A stretch of DNA of 64,000 nt from Verrucomicrobiales bacterium. Lineage in GTDB: Bacteria > Verrucomicrobiota > Verrucomicrobiia > Verrucomicrobiales > V1-33. A program made the translations under genes and the position numbers. The notes below the pieces were generated by a model. It was not told where the DNA came from and made no database searches. It worked only from the letters and a program-made list of their open reading frames with translations. Where the stretch lies: positions 27,054 to 91,053 of the forward strand of contig JANOAV010000174.1 of the NCBI GenBank assembly GCA_031411295.1. The letters are read 5' to 3'. Below, in pieces: positions 60,299-64,000 of this stretch; position 1 is the stretch's first letter, and every line of letters begins with the position of its first letter.

Positions 60299-60960
60299 TG
60301 GACCGTGATGCGCTGACGTCGAGTTAGCAGGCGCGCGCCAACTAAGGCTAGGGTTAAGCCTAGCAGGGGTTCTGGAATCGAGAAAATCGCCTCCAGCCGG
60401 CCGGAGGAAATTTGGCCGTCACCGCCAGCATAGACAATGGCATCCAGCGTGTAGTTGCCGGCAGGCAGGATTCCTGAGTAGGAAATGGGGCGGGTGATTT
60501 CCACCGGCAAAGGAGTGAACAAAAAGGCCTCGATCAGCGGAGCCTCGTGGTGTGCTAAATCCACCAACGAGATGCAAACGAATCCGTCCTGCCCGGCCAG
60601 CCCGATGAATCCGGAGAGGGTGTAGGGGCTGGGTGCAGTCAGTGTAAAGCTTACCTCCAACAAGGATCTTCCCGTGGTTAAATCTCCCGCCACGCTGGAA
60701 AAAACTTGCAGGGCATCCGGCCGGAAGTAGGAGCGTTGGGAGGCTCTGCTAGCTAAGCGTCCCTGAACGCCCACTGCTGAGCTAAAAAAGGCAAATTGCT
60801 CTTCGAAATCCCCAAATGGATCCGCCGGGGACCATGCGGCTGTCGTTGGCAAATCCTCCACGGAGCGCATCGCGGCAGTGTATAGCAAAGCCGCTTCCGC
60901 CGTGGAGGTGAACACGGACGAAAACTGCACTACCAAAAATAAGTGAAACAGCCTCATCAT
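60295..60960 (-). CDS. PEP-CTERM sorting-domain protein
   Basis: Signal peptide; C-terminal IPEP-hydrophobic-RRQR. Confidence 0.75.
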   Translation of the reverse strand: MMRLFHLFLVVQFSSVFTSTAEAALLYTAAMRSVEDLPTTAAWSPADPFGDFEEQFAFFSSAVGVQGRLASRASQRSYFRPDALQVFSSVAGDLTTGRSLLEVSFTLTAPSPYTLSGFIGLAGQDGFVCISLVDLAHHEAPLIEAFLFTPLPVEITRPISYSGILPAGNYTLDAIVYAGGDGQISSGRLEAIFSIPEPLLGLTLALVGARLLTRRQRITVH

Positions 60961-61231
60961 AATTATACTGAACCCACGGTAGCCCTATCAACCTGCCGAA
61001 GGAAAGGGGGAAATTACGGGGAGGATACATTTGTCCCCGTCCGTCGTCCTTCCCGGTCAGAGTCTCTATCCATTAATCCGTTGAAGAAATCTCCCTGTTT
61101 ATTTACTTGCCAAAATTTCTAACGCCGCCCATTTTCAACGGATTCTGGCGGCGGGGGTCTAAGTCCCGGCTGCCGCATCCATTCTCTTCATCGCCCAGCG
61201 CATTAGATCTCTCCTTCCTATTAGTTTTCCC

Positions 61232-61888
61232 ATGAATAAAACGACCATTGCAACGCTTCTGGCCCTGGTGGCTGGTTCTTTCGGATTCGGCTCTGTGGCC
61301 CAGGCGCAGGATTTGAAAGTTGGCATCGTGGACATGAATCGCGTCTTTGCTGAATACTATAAAACGAAGGATGCCGAGAAACGCGTCAACGAAGACAAAT
61401 CCACTGCCAAGAAGGAATTGGATGAACGGGCCGCCCGGTATCGCGATCTGATGCAGAAGTGGAATGACAAGCAAAAGATGATTGGCGACAAGCTCCTCAA
61501 CGAAGAACTGCGCCAGCAAGCTCAGAAGCAAGCGGCCGATATCGGTTCCGAGATCAAGAGCTTGGAGCGCGACATGGACGAATTCCGCCGCCGCCGTGAA
61601 GGTCAGCTTCAAGAGCAGGTGACGCGCATGCGCAAGGGCTTGCTGGAAGACATCAAGACCCGGATTGAGGACAAGGCCAAGCGCGATAACTTCGACATCA
61701 TTTTTGACAAGTCCGGCAAAAGCCCGATTGGTGTGAATTTCCTGCTATTCTCGAAGGATGGCGTTGATTTTACGGATGAAATCCTCAAAGAACTGAACAA
61801 GAACGCCGACAACGCAGGCGCGGCCCCGGCTACTCCGGCTGCTCCGACTCCCGATAAAAAGGAAGAGAAGCCAAGCAAAGGCAAGTAG
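61232..61888 (+). CDS. skp: Skp/OmpH periplasmic chaperone (copy 1)
   Basis: KVGIVDMNRVF, coiled coil, DIIFDKS..DFTDEILKELN. Confidence 0.92.
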   Translation: MNKTTIATLLALVAGSFGFGSVAQAQDLKVGIVDMNRVFAEYYKTKDAEKRVNEDKSTAKKELDERAARYRDLMQKWNDKQKMIGDKLLNEELRQQAQKQAADIGSEIKSLERDMDEFRRRREGQLQEQVTRMRKGLLEDIKTRIEDKAKRDNFDIIFDKSGKSPIGVNFLLFSKDGVDFTDEILKELNKNADNAGAAPATPAAPTPDKKEEKPSKGK

Positions 61889-61972
61889 TTCGCGCTGATT
61901 CGGCTGCATGCCAGCTCCAATTCACGCGGATGCTGGGGTGCCAACGCACTCAAGCACACCCAAACGACTCTC

Positions 61973-63022
61973 GTGGAACTAGCATTTTCACAATTGGTAG
62001 CATTGGTCAACGGGGAGATTCTTCAGCAATCTTCTGCGCTGCTGACGGGCATGAATACGCTGGGGCAGGCAGGACCGGGGGATCTGAGTTTTTTCGGTAA
62101 CGAGCGTTACATCAAAGAACTGCGGAGCACGAAGGCCGAGGTTATCCTGGTGCCACGGGGCTTCCAGGAAGTATTGCCCGGGCGCGGCCTCGTGGCGGTG
62201 GATAATCCCTCTGCGGCGTTTGCCTTGATTATGAAACGCTTCACCCCGCCGCCCCGGGAGTTTCGGCCCGGGGTGCACCCAACGGCTGCGGTGGATGCTT
62301 CGGTGAAATTTGATCCCACCAACGTCTGCATTGGCCCGTATGTGGTCATTGAAAGCGGCGTTACCATCGGCCCTGGCACGGAAATTGGGGCGTTTTCCTT
62401 CATCGGGCAGGATTCCCAGATCGGTGGGGATTGCCGTTTGTTCCCCCGGGTTAGCGTGATGGATCGCAGCGTGGTGGGGGATCGGGTGCGGCTCCATTCA
62501 GGCGTGGTCCTTGGGGGCGACGGTTTCGGGTATGAATTTGTCAATGGTCAGCATGCGAAGATCGACCAGGTGGGGATCGTGCAGATCGATCAAGATGTGG
62601 AGATCGGAGCGAACACGACCATTGATCGCGCTCGGTTTGGGCGAACCTGGATTGGCGAGGGAACGAAAATCGACAACCAAGTCATGATCGCTCATAATTG
62701 TGTCATCGGGCGCCACTGCATCATCATTGCTCAGGCGGGGATCGCAGGGAGCACCCAGGTGGGTGATTACGCCATCATAGCCGCACAGGCCGGAGTGGCC
62801 GGGCACTTGGAGATCGGCTCCAAAGTGGTGGTCGCTGCGCAGGCCGGAGTCACCAAAAGCTTGCGCGAACCGGGGCAATACATGGGATTCCCCGCCACCC
62901 CCGTGCGGGAAATGCGGGAAGTCCTCGTCACGCAGCGTCGCCTGCCAAACTTATTGCAACGGGTCAAGGCCATCGAGCAGCAATTGGCAACGTTGCACCA
63001 CGAACCGCCAACGACCCACTAA
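61973..63022 (+). CDS. lpxD: UDP-3-O-acylglucosamine N-acyltransferase
   Basis: Hexapeptide repeats, GGDGFGY, EIGANTTIDR, KIDNQVMIAHN. Confidence 0.96.
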   Translation: MELAFSQLVALVNGEILQQSSALLTGMNTLGQAGPGDLSFFGNERYIKELRSTKAEVILVPRGFQEVLPGRGLVAVDNPSAAFALIMKRFTPPPREFRPGVHPTAAVDASVKFDPTNVCIGPYVVIESGVTIGPGTEIGAFSFIGQDSQIGGDCRLFPRVSVMDRSVVGDRVRLHSGVVLGGDGFGYEFVNGQHAKIDQVGIVQIDQDVEIGANTTIDRARFGRTWIGEGTKIDNQVMIAHNCVIGRHCIIIAQAGIAGSTQVGDYAIIAAQAGVAGHLEIGSKVVVAAQAGVTKSLREPGQYMGFPATPVREMREVLVTQRRLPNLLQRVKAIEQQLATLHHEPPTTH

Positions 63023-63078
63023 ATCACTTGCTCTTCGTTTAAATTTCCACCATGATTCACCTCTCCCAAAGACCTTCC

Positions 63079-63693
63079 ATGAAAAATCTCGCCTCCATTT
63101 TCCTTTCCGCCCTGCTCCTTAGCGCAGGAACGCTGTCGGCCGCCACCACCAAAATTGGCATCGTGGATATGGACCGGATTTATCGCGAGTATTACAAGAC
63201 TCAGACCAACGAGGCTGAACTCGACAAGGACAAGGCCGCGGCCAAGGAAGAAGTGGACAAGCGTCTCAAGAAATTTGAGTCCTTGCGCACCGAATTCACC
63301 AATAAGCAAAAGAAGCTGGGCGACAACTCCCTGCCTCCTGCCACGCGCCAGAAAGCGCAAAAAGAAGCTGAAGGCATGGTGGCTGAACTTGAAAGCCTGC
63401 GGCGGGACATCAATGAATTCGCCCAGCGTCGGCAAGCGCAGATTGCCGACAAGCTCAACCGCATGCGCAAAGACATCCTCGCAGACTTGCATACCTTTGT
63501 GGCGGAGCGCTCTAAAGAAGGGGGCTATGATTTGGTGTTCGATAAATCAGGCCGCTCCTCCAGCAATATCGAAATTTTGTTGTTCTCCAAAGACGCGATT
63601 GATTTCACCAACGATCTGCTGAAGCAAGTCAACAAGGACGCCCCTGTGGACGAGAAGAAGGCCTCGCCAGCGACGCCAGCCAAGCCTGAATAA
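63079..63693 (+). CDS. skp: Skp/OmpH periplasmic chaperone (copy 2)
   Basis: KIGIVDMDRIY..YDLVFDKSG..DFTNDLLKQVN; clear paralog of copy 1. Confidence 0.9.
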   Translation: MKNLASIFLSALLLSAGTLSAATTKIGIVDMDRIYREYYKTQTNEAELDKDKAAAKEEVDKRLKKFESLRTEFTNKQKKLGDNSLPPATRQKAQKEAEGMVAELESLRRDINEFAQRRQAQIADKLNRMRKDILADLHTFVAERSKEGGYDLVFDKSGRSSSNIEILLFSKDAIDFTNDLLKQVNKDAPVDEKKASPATPAKPE

Positions 63694-63721
63694 GTTTGGT
63701 GGGATGGTGTTAGTTGATGTT

Positions 63722-63763
63722 TGGGTTGTAAGGCGACTGCATGGGTTGTAAGGCGACTGCATG
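63722..63763. repeat. Perfect 20-bp tandem duplication
   Basis: TGGGTTGTAAGGCGACTGCA occurs twice with no spacer. Confidence 0.85.
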
Positions 63764-63778
63764 CCCGACACGATCCTG

Positions 63779-63969
63779 AAAGTAGTCATCATCGCTCCGC
63801 GTGATGACCAGCGCGATTTCCTCATCCTGCCACCGCTACGAATCACCCTACGCCAGCCTCCCTGCCATGCGCCCTTGATGCCAACGCCGTCCTGCGCTAG
63901 GCAGACGTGCTCCGAACTCGCATGCGCACGCTAACGCCTGCCGTCACGCGGAGCGATGACGGCTACTTT
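63779..63969. repeat. Inverted GTAG-type REP pair (BIME/REPIN-like)
   Basis: AAAGTAGTCATCATCGCTCCGCGTGATG at 63779, and the reverse complement of AAAGTAGCCGTCATCGCTCCGCGTGACG ending at 63969, with a spacer of about 135 bp. Confidence 0.75.
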
Positions 63970-64000
63970 GCGAGCAGCTTTGTGGCGGGGCCAAGTCGGT

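Noticed and set aside
63722..63763. Possible CRISPR array
   Set aside because: Only two adjacent copies, no spacer, and no cas genes in the window.

Overview
Chromosomal window from a bacterium whose gene content (PEP-CTERM proteins, DUF1501/DUF1549-DUF1553 modules, lamin-tail/CotH proteins, kdsA-lptC-lptA-lptB-hpf) points to Verrucomicrobiota (inference). Core genes include lpxK, atpDC, ispH, eda, ndk, a 2-oxoacid dehydrogenase E1 alpha/beta pair, purU, kdsA/lptCAB, hpf, tRNA-Asp, pbpC, dxs, xseB, thrC, fumC and skp-lpxD-skp. They are interleaved with secreted/accessory genes. Several elements are missing from the ORF track: a >1800-aa CotH/LTD gene running off the left edge, a c-di-AMP (ydaO-type) riboswitch with an extra hairpin upstream of a secreted LTD-like protein, several GTAG/GTGG REP-like palindromes, an AraC remnant and an internally deleted pseudopilin-like gene. 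The track also splits a hydrolase gene in two at a single in-frame TAA, and contains a RAYT transposase. The most interesting leads are (i) a C-terminal module shared by three unrelated secreted proteins, which may be a sorting signal, (ii) an uncharacterised duplicated domain present once with a PEP-CTERM anchor and once fused to a CotH kinase, in front of a DUF1553/DUF1501 pair, (iii) the riboswitch and its target, and (iv) a PIN nuclease ending in an SSB-type DDIPF tail. All family calls come from motif recognition by eye; no database search was run.
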